DNA of 58,097 nt, the filler included, from Squatina squatina (taxonomy: Eukaryota): NCBI GenBank assembly GCA_031763465.1. It is 3 parts of 2 records of this genome, joined end to end, with 100 filler letters (N's around TTAATTAATTAA, not from the genome) between each part and the next. Parts side by side here need not be neighbours in the genome. Positions count along the whole stretch, not along the records: positions 29,651 to 58,097 come from JARFOE010000222.1; 2 more parts are not named here. The stretch is one strand, 5' to 3'. The notes under the pieces were generated by a model. That model searched no databases, had not been told where the DNA came from, and saw only the letters and a program-made list of their open reading frames with translations. The translations under genes and the position numbers were made by a program. Below, piece after piece: positions 37,563 to 50,297 of this stretch; the stretch's first letter is position 1; every line of letters begins with the position of its first letter.

Positions 37563-39095
37563 AGGTGCTTCACCAATCACAAGGGGAAAAATGGATTCAG
37601 AGCCAATAGGAGGAGATATTAGGATGAATGGCCACATTGGTGAAAGAGATTGGTTTTAAGGAAGCTCTTCAAGGAGGAGAGGGATGGGCACAAAGTTTAG
37701 GAAAGGAATTCCAGAGTGTGGGTACTAGGAAGCTGAAGGCTTGGCCAACAATGGTGGACAAAGAAATGGGAGGATGCACAAAGCCAGAGTGAGAGGAACA
37801 GAAATTTTAGGCGTTGGTGGGGGGAGGGGTTTGCAGTGCAGAAGGAGGCAACTGGGGTAGGAAAGGGCAAAATCTTTGAGTGATTTAATTACAAGGATGA
37901 GAATTTTAAATTGGAGGCATTGAGGGACCAAGTGCAAATATAGATCAGCAACGGTGAGGGTGATGGGCAAGTAGGCCTTAGTATTGGATAGGATGCAGGC
38001 AGCAGAGTTTTGGATGAACTGAAGCTTACAGATCATCATTGGAGAAATTGAGTCTGAAGGTGACAAAAGCATGGAGGAGGGTTTCAGTGGCAGACGGGTC
38101 ATGGGTTCGGGCAGAGGCTAGCAATGTTTCGGAGGTAGGAGTAGGCAGTCTTTGTGATGGAGAGGATAAAGGATATGAAGCTCAGCTTGGGATTAAACAG
38201 AATTGTAATGCTTTGAACAGTCTGATTCAGCCTGGGACAGTCACCAGGGAGAGGGATGAAGTCAGTGACAAAGACATGAAGTTTGTGGTGGGGGCCGAAA
38301 ATGATGGCATCTGTCATCCCACTGTTTAACTTGAGGAAAATATGGCTCATCCAAGACTGGATATCAGTCATGCAATCTGACAACACAAAAGCAGTGTAAG
38401 GGTCAAGAGAGGTGGTGGAGAGTTAGAGCTGGGTGTCATCAGCAATCGGTGGAAGCTGATCCCTTGCTGGCAGATGATGTTACCAAGGGGTAGGATATAA
38501 GTGAAAATAGGGAGGTGTTCAGGCATGGATTCTGTAGGGCTCCTGAAGCTATGGTTCAGATGTGGAAGGAAAAGTTATTGCTATAGATGCTCTGGCTATG
38601 ATTCGACAGATAAGAGTGGAACTAAGCATAGTCAGCCCCATTGAGCTGTATGAGGGAGGAGAGCTATTGGAACAGGATGGTGTGATCAGCCTTGTGAACA
38701 GCTGCAGAGAGATTGTAATGGTCAAGGAGGGTAATGCACTGCTGTCATTATCACAGAGAATATCCTTCGTGAGTTTGGTTAGAGCAGTTTCAGTTCTGTG
38801 GGATTCTGGAAACCTAATTGGGGTATTCAAACAGTGTTGCATGACAGATCGGCACAGATGTACAAGGATTTGAGAGGATAGGGAGTTTGGAAATGGGATG
38901 GTACGTGGCAAGGACATAGGAGTTGAGGGTTGTTTTTTAGAGGAGGTTGATGATGGCAACCTTCAGGCAATGTCAGCTAGCATGGACCCAGAAAGAGGAG
39001 TGGGGGTGGCAAGGGTCAGGCGTTTATTGGAATAGGATCAAGGGAGTAGGACGTAGATCTCATGGGTGAGATGAGCTTGAAGAATGCATGGGGGG
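37563..39095 (-). mobile_element. L2-clade LINE ORF2, about 1.5 kb degenerate fragment
   Basis: Minus ORFs: LSDCMTDIQSWMS..FLKLN..AIIFGPHHKL; HRTETALTKLTKDILCDND; LQFIQNSAACIL. Confidence 0.92.
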
Positions 39096-40119
39096 AAATT
39101 CAAGGCTGCTACTGGCCCAGATAGTAGAGATAAGCTAAAGAAAATTAAAGGAAAGTTTTAGAAAATGACAAAAGTTGATATTAGACCTGTTACAGTTAAG
39201 TATTTAAATATAAAAATGAAGAAACTCTGCTAGACAGATGGTTGGTGCATGAAACACTTAAATCAGTGCAAGTGGCAGATACAGCCAGGCTGTCAATCTT
39301 GGTTTTGAATGATCTTTTTGGTTGGCAGCAGTAGAACGTAAACAGTCCCACTTACTGTGAGCTGCAATTTTTTTCAGACTGTGTTGGCTGTGAAAAAGAT
39401 ATGATTATACAACAACAAGTTACAGAAAGAAAACTGGCAATGTGTCTTGAAGAAGGACGTCGACTCAGGAGGCGTGGGAACACGTTCACAGATCTGGTGG
39501 TGACTGTCAACCAAACCTGGTGCAAGTTTTGTGCAACGTTCCTCTCATATTGTGGAGGATGTGCTAATGCCACCTTGAAATGCAGCAAAACATCACAGGC
39601 CAACACGCAATTGACGGCCCAGCAACCGACAAAATATCTGGAAGCTGATCTTGGAGAAGAAATCACTTAATTGTTAAGGCGATACATTTTAACAGTAATA
39701 GTCAGCTCTGAGCAATTTAACAGATGATCAAAAAAGTGTACGACATCCTAAGAAATAGATGGAAAGGGTAAGACCAAAACAATTGGTGACCTAAAAATGG
39801 AGTTATTCATAACTACTGCAACACACATGCCTGGTCACAATTACAAAGTACAGGTAAGGGAGGCCATTTGGCCCATCTAACTCATCCTTCCATTGAACCT
39901 ACAGTTCTAATTGCNNNNNNNNNNNNNNNNNNNNNNNNNNNNNNNNNNNNNNNNNNNNNNNNNNNNNNNNNNNNNNNNNNNNNNNNNNNNNNNNNNNNNN
40001 NNNNNNNNNNNNNNCAAAAGCACTTCCCAGGATTGTTTCATTCATTATTAGGAAAAATCACCTCCCAGGTTTGTAGGTCTGCTTCTAAACTCATGGGAGA
40101 TGAGGGGGAAAAAATTATG

Positions 40120-40325
40120 CAATGCGTTATTTTGATTGGGAATGCACTGCCTGAAGGGGCGGTGGGAGCAGATTTCAAAAGGGAATTGGACTTATACTTG
40201 AAAAGAAAAAAAATTGCAGGGATGTGGGAAAAGAGCAGGGGAGCGGGATGAATGGGAGAGCTCTTTCAAAGAGCTGGCACAGGCACGGTGGGGTGAATGG
40301 CCTCCTGTGCTGTAAGATTCTAGGA
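40120..40325 (+). mobile_element. CR1 LINE 3' end
   Basis: GNALPEGAVGADFKRELDLYLK and 3' UTR AAAGAGCTGGCACAGGCAC..GAATGGCCTCCTGTGCTGTAAGATTCTA; homologous to 18307-18522. Confidence 0.85.
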
Positions 40326-40659
40326 TGTTCAAGTACAACCTTCTGGGACAATATAGATTTGAGGTCATTTAGATTTTTAGTAAATGCATAAGTTATGAAT
40401 CATGTGCTACCTGCCTGCAAACCAAATGATGTAGTCACAGTTGTACTGACTAATTTGCCACATTAATCATTAAGCTGTTTCATTGACATCATTTTCCCTT
40501 TCATGACCTACTGTTTAGCAGGTGCTTGAGTAGTAATTCATTATATTTTTCTGCATTAAAGCAGTTAAGTATCAGGCACAAGTTGTACAGCAATGCAGTG
40601 CTGTTTAATAGACACAGGATGAAAGTGCATCCAATATACACTGGAAGCATGTGAAAATA

Positions 40660-41216
40660 CTGGGCCTGAAATTGCGATCCTCCCAGATGGGTACGATGTT
40701 CTCACACACTCGGGGGGGACCTCGCAAGTTCCAAATCTCGAGCTGCACTGCACATGCCCAGAGATCTGGAACTTGCGATCTGTCAAGATTTGGCTTGACA
40801 GATCATCCGCTTCTGCTGCAAAAGAGATTTCCAGGGCGGAGAGTTGCGATCTTTTGTCAACTCTTGCCCGTGGAAATAGCTTTAATTTTTTTATGCATGG
40901 TAAAACCAAGCGTACATGCTTGGTTTTACCAGCATAAGAGTTTAAAAAAATGTAAAAATCAAAAAAATGAATGGTACATTACTTTAAAACTGTTCCCATT
41001 AAGGTAAGTATGTTTTTAAACATTTTAAAAGATTTATATTATTTATCTCATTTTTATTAAATTTTTAATGTTACAATCGTTTTTAAAATGTTTTTTGATG
41101 TGCTTTTGCAGTTTTGTATCTTTCATTCATACTTTTACGGATCTGTCAAAGCTTGAATGAGAGATATTCCTACCTGATTGGTTGGGGCCTCCCATGTGAC
41201 CTCTCCAGTCTCTCCG
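40660..41216. mobile_element. Non-autonomous DNA transposon (Harbinger-like MITE) left part
   Basis: 20-nt start CTGGGCCTGAAATTGCGATC shared with 16097; GC-rich arm, then AT-rich core and CTGATTGG motif. Confidence 0.6.
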
Positions 41217-42619
41217 NNNNNNNNNNNNNNNNNNNNNNNNNNNNNNNNNNNNNNNNNNNNNNNNNNNNNNNNNNNNNNNNNNNNNNNNNNNNNNNNNNNN
41301 NNNNNNNNNNNNNNNNGCTCTAAATGTAACAGTCAAAGAAATACAGTAATCTAAGAATGTAGTCTTTGAGGACTACCTTCTGCTGATATGGATAGTCCCA
41401 TGATGACTCAACATGATGTGGGTTGGTGAAGAAAAAGTAAATGTCACTGAGTACAAAAATTCTTCATTTTACATTTTAAATTCTGAATGTAGATGCCATA
41501 GGACTAAGGTGAAAACCCACTAAATGAAAAGTAACTCTGCAATGTATAACCAAGAGAGACACCGTGCACAGAAATTCAAGTTTGAATGGCTTTATTTACT
41601 GTTATAATTAATGTGGTTGCCAGTGCAATACTCTATTGCTAGTCACTGCCACCCAGAGGAATTTTTAGGCAAGTTTTCTTCTTTGTTTTCTTAACAATAT
41701 TCAGGACAAACAGTTGTATGATGTGATCGCAAAATAAAATGGTGGATGGATTAAGTCAGGGATGGTGTTCAATTGCTCTGCAATGACAACTACTCTCGTT
41801 GCTGCACCAGTGCAGTTTCTTCAGTCAGTCTTCCGCAGTATCCCTTTGTTCCTATATTATGCTTCAGAAACAAAGTTTGCCTACCTTCAATTTACCTATA
41901 GCAGCAAGTAATATTCAGTACAATTGAAAACACATTCCTTCATATATATCACAAAACAAGATCTGTGATTTTCTAATGAAAAATTACCCACAGAAAATTG
42001 CACACTATGCAATTCAACGTCTCCTTTAAATGAGCAAAAAACTGAAAATTTTGAGATTTGTAAAATTATTTTCTTCCCTCCAATTTTTAAACACATACCT
42101 GCACCCATCCCTCCCCACCGGCACCCCCAACCAACCTGATTTGTTTCTGCCATGTTTCCTTTCCCCACTAGGGTAACAAACTGCTGGAACCAGTAGCACA
42201 TTGAATCTCTGAAAAAGTGTCCTCCCAAAGAACGAGGTTGAGAACTGATGATGTCTCATTAAAGCCAAAAAATCAACTATCCAGATGACCGGAGTGCCTG
42301 TTTCATACTTCAACGACCCCTGTAAGCTGGTGTCTCAAAGAAATAACTAAAAGCTATATGAAGAGGTCTCAACCGTGTTTGGAAGCACAGGTGACACTGG
42401 TTGCGTAGTCCTAAAATCAGGTAATGCAGTTCACTAATTTCTTCATGAAATGGGTTCCTTACGTATTCTCCGTGTACCGGTGCTAGTAATACTATAGCAT
42501 TCTAGATTCTAGTTTATGATAAAAGTTGTGAGAGGATTATTCTAAAAGCGGCCTTATAGCCTTAATTGTTGAAACAGCAGTTTATCAGGTTGGAGTTTAT
42601 GACTACTTGAAAAAAGTAA

Positions 42620-42835
42620 AAAGACTTACATTTATGTAGCACCTTTCACATCCACTGGACGTCCCAAAGCACTTTACAGCCAATGAAGTACTTTTTGAAG
42701 TGTAGGCACTGTTGTAATGTAGGAAACGTGGCAGCCAATTTGCGCACAGCAAGCTCCCACAAACAGTAATGTGATTGTGACCAGATAATCTGTTTTAGTG
42801 ATGTTGATTGAGGGATAAATGTTGGCCAGGACACT
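42620..42835 (-). mobile_element. DeuSINE (SacSINE1/AmnSINE1-like) 3' half
   Basis: Reverse complement CCTGGCCAACATTTATCCCTCAA..AAATTGGCTGCCACGTTTCCTACATTACAACAGTG..TACTTCATTGGCTGTAAAGTGCTTTGGGACGTCC..GAAAGGTGCTACATAAATG. Confidence 0.88.
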
Positions 42836-43277
42836 NNNNNNNNNNNNNNNNNNNNNNNNNNNNNNNNNNNNNNNNNNNNNNNNNNNNNNNNNNNNNNNNN
42901 NNNNNNNNNNNNNNNNNNNNNNNNNNNNNNNNNNNCTTACAATAAGTTAAAAAGATGCATTTACAAATTCAACCAAAACAAATTAAAATTATCCCTGTAT
43001 AATTATTTTAGTGGAACAGTGTAGATTATTCAATGAATTGAGTTGCAGCTTTAACACATATTGTAAATATTATCGATAAATGTCAATGAATCATACTTTC
43101 TGTAGGCTAACTAGCATCTGTGGAGATACTAGCTGTTTGTATCTCCATTTAAACTGAATAATTTTACAGTCAGTGAATTTTCATTTCCTGGACAAAAGAC
43201 AACAATGAAGTCAAAAATAAATAAATGTAAGGATCTGGCTAACAGCATTTTCTCACGTGATGAAACAGTAAAGAACG

Positions 43278-43475
43278 AAAGAGCTTTCATTGATATAGCA
43301 CTTTTCACAACCTCAAATGTCCCAAATGAAGTACTTTTGAAATGCAGTCACTGTTGTATGCAGAAAATGCAGCAGCCAAATTGTGCACAGCAAGGTTCCA
43401 CAAACAGCAATGAAATAATGGCCAGATGGTGATGTAGGTTGAGGGATAAATATTGACCAGGATGAGAACTCTCCT
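43278..43475 (-). mobile_element. DeuSINE 3' half, older copy
   Basis: Colinear with 42620-42835, with deletions. Confidence 0.8.
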
Positions 43476-45735
43476 GCAACCACAGAAAGCCAGGATTGTC
43501 AACATTATGAACTCGATTATTTTGGGTAGATGCATCTCTGGAAGCAAGAATGAACAGATTTAACTGGATGGAGTGGGAAAAGTAAACATTCCACATAACC
43601 CCCTTTGTTATCAGTAAATATAGATATATTTAAAAAGATCAAGCTTACAATATTTTCTTGGGGTGAGGGATTTTATTGCCCAGCAGTGTTGTACAACTGT
43701 ACATAGTTGACAGGCAATATATTCCAACCTTTAGACTGAATGTGGCAGGGACAATTTATTGAATGGTCCCAATTCACTGTCAAGTGCTCAAAGCATTTAT
43801 TGCAGTTTGCTTTAAATATTTATCCCTATGCAAGCNNNNNNNNNNNNNNNNNNNNNNNNNNNNNNNNNNNNNNNNNNNNNNNNNNNNNNNNNNNNNNNNN
43901 NNNNNNNNNNNNNNNNNNNNNNNNNNNNNNNNNNNTAACAAACATTCGGTTTGCTTTCCAATTGGGATGGGAGCGGGAGGTCATGTGATGAAAGCTCCCA
44001 GAATACAACCAACTAGAGTAGGTAACCCTACTGCTACAAGGCTCTCTCCCTCCACGGCGGGACATCAGGGCTATCACTGGTGGTTCCTTTGGCCTACCAC
44101 CACCTCCTCCCACATAGCTGGCCCAGGGAGATGCAGTAGCCAAGGAGGACTTTCAGAAAATCCACCAGGGACCTGGGCCCCACCCCACTGCTACCATTGG
44201 CATGCGGTGGGTGGGTAAAGGGCAGCCAGCAGCAGGGGGAGGGAAATCCAGTCAGGGCAGTGAGGCGCTAGATCTTGCCTCATTCTTCTTCCTATCTCAG
44301 CCATGGATTGTGTAGAAGAACCCAGCCCTATGCTTTTTAAACCCAATTTTCATAGAAATTCTTTATCCATATCTGTCCTGTGGAAAATTGGTCAACAAGA
44401 GCCCACACAGAGGCATTAACCTATTTTTATTTTGTGTTTCCAGCACTTGCATTTTTTTGGTTTTATCAGAGGATGTTATGTCTATTGGATAGTTCTCATC
44501 CACTAACATGGGCGCTGCTCAAATAATTCTAGTGCATTCATGAGTTATGATTATTTCTAAAACCTGAATCTTCCTTTTAAGTTCCTTAGGTAAATATTGA
44601 TAGTGTCCTGTAAAATTCTCGAGCAATCTTTTCACCAATGTTAGGTTAATTGAACCAGTCAAAATCCTGAGGCGCATGCCCAACTCTTTGAATATCTACA
44701 CAATATTCACTACGATCCATAATATTTGTGGAACTCACAAAAATAATAAGCCAGATTCCTGCCCATTCCTGGAAGGCTCCACTGTGTATCTGTTATTCTG
44801 CCCAAGTGCCTGCATATCTTTAATTGCAGGAGTTTTTTCATTACACTTGTTAGCTTGATGTCTACATACTGGACTCAGAATTAATCTTCATTTAAGCAGT
44901 GCCAGTTTTGTTTTTCTTTTTACCTGGTAAGAGGACTGGAGCTTAGCGAATGCATCAAATTGCTTGCTCACCATTTGCCCATTCTTTTGCTTCAGCCCAA
45001 ATATGACCAGGAAATTTAAAATCACACTGTGAAATCCAGACATGGGAGTTCTAACTTTGTATTTTGTTTGCAGTAAGTAACTCAACATTAAATAACCTGA
45101 TGGCTTTTAAAATTGATGGGATCGCTGTTGGAAATATTTTCAATTTGAAACTCACTTATGGGTCGACTGCAAATTTTCACCAAACTGACAAACTTTTCCT
45201 TATAGTAAAAAACGATCCAGCATCTGACAAGAACATTTAGTCAAAGCGCAGCAACTCATCACCACTAAGGACAGCACAGTCGATGCGTGGTCTCCGCTGA
45301 ATTATGCTGCACATTTACAATGCATTCACACTCCACAGATTTAGTGTTGGTGAGAAACCCCTTCAAACCAACATTAAACATGGAATGTAAATCAGGTGTG
45401 CCGGCCTGAGCGGGCTCCAAAGCAAAGCAGAGTGAGAATCTCTATCTTCATAGGAGTCTCACTGTTATCAGGTTGGCCCCCTGACTCTGCATTCAGGTCG
45501 CTTTCACACAACAAGTGCAGTGTCTGTGCAAAGTGAAACCGCTTCCCGATGGTACAATTGTAGTTTAAAGGCACCCCAAGAAATAGCTTAGACATATATT
45601 TCAGATCAACATCCTTACAGTATAATATACAAACCGCAGACTCATGTTGTACGGTTGGCTAAATCTGAGAGTCACATTAAGCCCAGTGACAAAGCAGCAC
45701 AACACAGAGCCTCCATTCCTGAGCGGTGGCTCTTT

Positions 45736-45846
45736 AACAACAACAACTTGCATTTATATAGCACCTTTAGCATAGAAAAACATCCCAAGGCGCAAGATAA
45801 AAATTGCTACCTTGCCAAAGGAGGAGATATTATGAGGGGTGACTAA
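45736..45846 (-). mobile_element. L2 3' tail fragment
   Basis: AACAACAACAACTTGCATTTATATAGCACCTTTA..GGAGATATTA.GAGGGGTGACTAAAA. Confidence 0.78.
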
Positions 45847-48800
45847 AATAAACTGGTGCCTGCCCGAACTACACAGATTAGTGACTATATATAGTCTAAC
45901 ATCTTGCAGCTTTAGTGCACTCTTAATTCGGAATGATTCTGGAGACTTGCTGTAACCCTCATGACAATGCCTATTGAAAACAATGCTAATCAGTTTAATG
46001 CTGGATTCCCCCAGTTTTCCACTATGATATAACTTCCACTCCAATGCTACCTTCAGATAGGGTTTCAGAGTACCAGTGAACGGTACTATTGAACAGCTGC
46101 CTGCAAAGTGCATTTTTCTTTTAATGCTTGACTTTAATTTTTACCTATTCCTTTTCAGCCCAAAGCCAGCAGTCAGTAGTGCTCAGCTGTTTAAAATGCC
46201 AGCAAATCCTGAGCAAGGCTTCGCTCAAGTGTGTTGGGGTTTTAGTTCAAGTGATAATTTGGCTAATTGCCAAATGGATCGCTCCAACGGGATTCCACTG
46301 TACTCAAGTGCAACGTGCAGGATATCCCTCTTTGAAGATTCCTCCTGTCAGGACACAAGGGACCTGTGCGTCTATGCTAAGAAAGTGGTGGTCAGCCAGG
46401 TTCAACAAATCAGATCATCGGATGAGTGTAAAGCTTAGTGAGTGAAATAATAATGTAAGAGGCTAGACAGAGGGGTAATCATTTAACACTGAAGTACATC
46501 TCTACGGTTACCTTCAGCTATAGCGTGACGCAGCTGTAGAACCTCAACAAAATCACATATACAGCTGCAGAATAAACAGAGCTTAATTCAGTACTTAGAT
46601 CTGGATTCCACTGAATAAGCAAATTTATTCTCTGTATCTGCAGGAAACAGGTGGAAAACTGATGGATTTTTCTGCGCTTTTCTCCACTATTATAATTTAT
46701 TGTCTGCATTTGTTACTTGAACTGCGACAACAATGCAAACTGCCCGCCAAATGTTTCAGTATTATTCAATCATGTTCCAGTTGCCCATTAATATTGACAA
46801 GAACACAAGAGATGCAAATAAAGACTGCAGAGAACACTAGTGACACTGGCTTTTGTGAAGTGCCGCACCCAAAAAAATAAGCTCTGGTCGCATTTTACTG
46901 GAGTGAAAAAAAAGTTGGTTACCTTATTCATAAAACTGCAAACAAAGAGGGGGGAAACAGCAAGCCAATTTAAGAGAGAAAAGTAAAGAATACCCCGCAT
47001 TTAATTTTATTCATCTCGTGATCGCACTCTTCAGATTTTTTTCCACGGTTAATCAATCAGCTGATCATTATTGACACCAACTCTGAACCGTGAGGCCCAC
47101 ACATTTGACATGAAAACCACTTCATTTTCTTCACGTCCTTTCTGCACATCTCCTACATTATAAACAACACGCTTTATCAATACGTGGTAGCAAATTACAT
47201 TTCTTTTTTAAACTCGACTCAATAGTACAATAGAACAGCTCGAAATATTGCTACTTGTGAAATGTTAACTGCATTGCAATCATTGATGTACTTGCAGTAT
47301 AAAAGACTTCCCCCACCCACCCCCACCCCAGTTAAGCATGTCATGAAATAAAACAGAAAAGTTAAAACAATCTGACCATTCAATTTATATTTCTAAAGTT
47401 TTTTTTTTAAACTGCCTTCGCAGTTATGTTACAGAGAGGAAAAAAATCTCAGCTCAAAATCCTCACTCCCAGTGTGGCCTTTTCCTATAAAAAAAAGTAC
47501 ATATGAATTTGGCAAACTGCCATATTTTGTAAAAGATTTAAAAAGCTGGTGAAACTTCTCACTGTCTGCACTGCTGCACCATAATAAGCAAGTGTGCTTC
47601 GTAAGTGGTACTATAATTGACATTGCATTATTTTGGTGTCAAGATCATGTTGGCAGAAAGAAAGTGCAATCTTTCAACTCTGTTATGCTAAAAAAAATGT
47701 AAAGACAGGTCCCCAAAGCATCAACCTATAGTATCATCCTTCCTAAACATGCCAACTTGGGAAACTCAATTTAAAATATAATAGCAAAATACTACAGATG
47801 CTGGAGTCTAGAATACAANNNNNNNNNNNNNNNNNNNNNNNNNNNNNNNNNNNNNNNNNNNNNNNNNNNNNNNNNNNNNNNNNNNNNNNNNNNNNNNNNN
47901 NNNNNNNNNNNNNNNNNNCACTGCAGGTGTAAATACTGTTAAATAATACTCACATAATTAGGTCCTTTTGTACACGCTTTCAAATGTTCCTGAATCAGTG
48001 GGCAACACAATGAAAAGCTACAAAATTGGATTGCAAGAAATCTATTAATTCAGCTGTTCGTTAAAGTCGTCACGCTGAGGACTTCAAACTTTAAGATTTA
48101 GGTGTTTTTTCTGAAAGAAACCAACAAGCAAAAAGAAAAAACCCATCTACATGTACACAATGAAGTAGGATGCATTACCTTCTCCTTTAAAATGTTATTT
48201 AGTGTGTTTCAGGCTTCCCTGCCATTCTCAGCACACTCTAAATTCTGGTCTGCCACAATCTCTCGCCACCTCAGAAGTCAATAGATAAAGGAATAATCAC
48301 CGGGTCAGTTTCCTTTGCCAAGGATAAACCTTTTTAAACTGGCAGGGAGTGGAAAACTTTCATTTGCCAGCATCCAATTGGGCAGGAGCAACACCTTTTA
48401 TCGCCTAGTTACTGGCGCTTCCCAGTATTGTTGCTGTTTTTTGTCAGGCCAGAGCCAATGTAGAGAGGAAAGGGGTTTACTATGATCGCCGAGGAACCTG
48501 AGTGACCAAAAAAATCTGGTGATAATCTAAGAAGCTGGCCTAACTATCTAGCTAACTAACTAAGAAGTTCTGGAATTATATGATTATATCCGACGTTTTG
48601 GTACGGATAGAAAGAAATACCAGCAAATCAACAGACAGGGCAACTACTCAATGTCAACCCATCCTCCTGGAATGGGAGAGGGGGTGGGTGGCGGGCAGAG
48701 AAAAAGGAGTTAAAAGGCAGGGTTACACTTAGTAACAGGGTGAGAAGGAACACAAATCAATGTCTGATGATTCTTTTCCGTTTTACGACAACCTTCACGT

Positions 48801-50297
48801 ATTTTGTAACTGCACATTAATCAAAAGTAGCAAAAAGCACATATGAAGATTGGGGAATCAGCAGAAAACTGGACAATCAAATCTCTCAATTTTCCCCAAA
48901 TATATAATTGACAAACCACCAAGAAAATCAACCATTGAACTGCATAATAATAAACATAAAAAATTATATATTTCTGAAAAAAATTGTACTAAACTTATCA
49001 ATAAAATTGGTTATTTAATGCCAGAAAATCCTACAACAACATTTCTGCATATAGGCTTGGCCTTATGTACAGCCTGGGCCTTAAGTAAATGTAAAAGTAT
49101 AATGAAAAAAGAGAGAGCAAGAAAGAGATGATTGAAATAAAGTGCATGGTTATTTTCATTTAAAGTTGATTTCACGCATTTACCTTGGTTTTAGTGAGTT
49201 AACATTACTGTAGCAAACTATATAATTCAGCAGCTTTATTACTGCAGTATTTGGGTTTATTTCACCATCAGAGTGTGAACTAAAAATTAAAAATGGTTGC
49301 CCGAAGGAACCTGGAATTTCCCTGGAACCAAAGTTCCTGTAAAAATTAAAGTTTTAGCTATGGAATGATTTATAATGTCACAATATGAATTATAAGAAAT
49401 ATTTATTACCATCTCTGATAACCAGCTTATCGTAGTTACAAAACTGATCCGGTTCAATATCTANNNNNNNNNNNNNNNNNNNNNNNNNNNNNNNNNNNNN
49501 NNNNNNNNNNNNNNNNNNNNNNNNNNNNNNNNNNNNNNNNNNNNNNNNNNNNNNNNNNNNNNNTTACCTACATTATAGAACAAATATATTACACATAGAA
49601 AAGGTGTTCTCCTCTATAAATAATATTAAGTCATTTAGTTCATAAATTGATATTCAAAGTTGGCAAAAACAAATTCAAGAGCTGCAGGATTTAGTAGTTC
49701 CTGTCAAATGTGCAGGAATCTCAAAATACAAAATGGTATTTTAGTAGTTTTCCAGGCACAAGCTCGATGTAGACTTATGGGTTTTGGACAATATGTTCTG
49801 CCACAAACGAGCAGTCACATGCATCTTCTGCAATTCCGAGCCACTGAAACCTTCACAGAGAATGAGGTTGCCAAGTCTCCTGCTGATCCACAATCCCTAC
49901 CATCTGAATGCTGCCAAATACTCATTATCTAATGAAAGCAATTAACAAGCTTTTTTCTGTTACAGTCTTATGATTTATCAGCACGGTGCAATACATTTAA
50001 AACACCAAAATGAATGCAAGATAAAAAATTACTCCAAATGAAATCACCATTTATTTTTCTATTTTACTTGTGGTCTCCATGACAGCATATTCTCAGAGTA
50101 CGCCATCGTAGTGCATTTGAAAATCCCCGCAAATTCTGGATTTCCGCATGCGCTTCCATTAAATCCATAACTTGTGATCTGCCAAGGTATGATTTGGNNN
50201 NNNNNNNNNNNNNNNNNNNNNNNNNNNNNNNNNNNNNNNNNNNNNNNNNNNNNNNNNNNNNNNNNNNNNNNNNNNNNNNNNNNNNNNNNNNNNNNNN

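Noticed and set aside
46076-46445. Two overlapping open frames after a good acceptor (ttttcag)
   Set aside because: No family resemblance recognised, and antisense to the presumed GRM8 intron; cannot be supported without a search.
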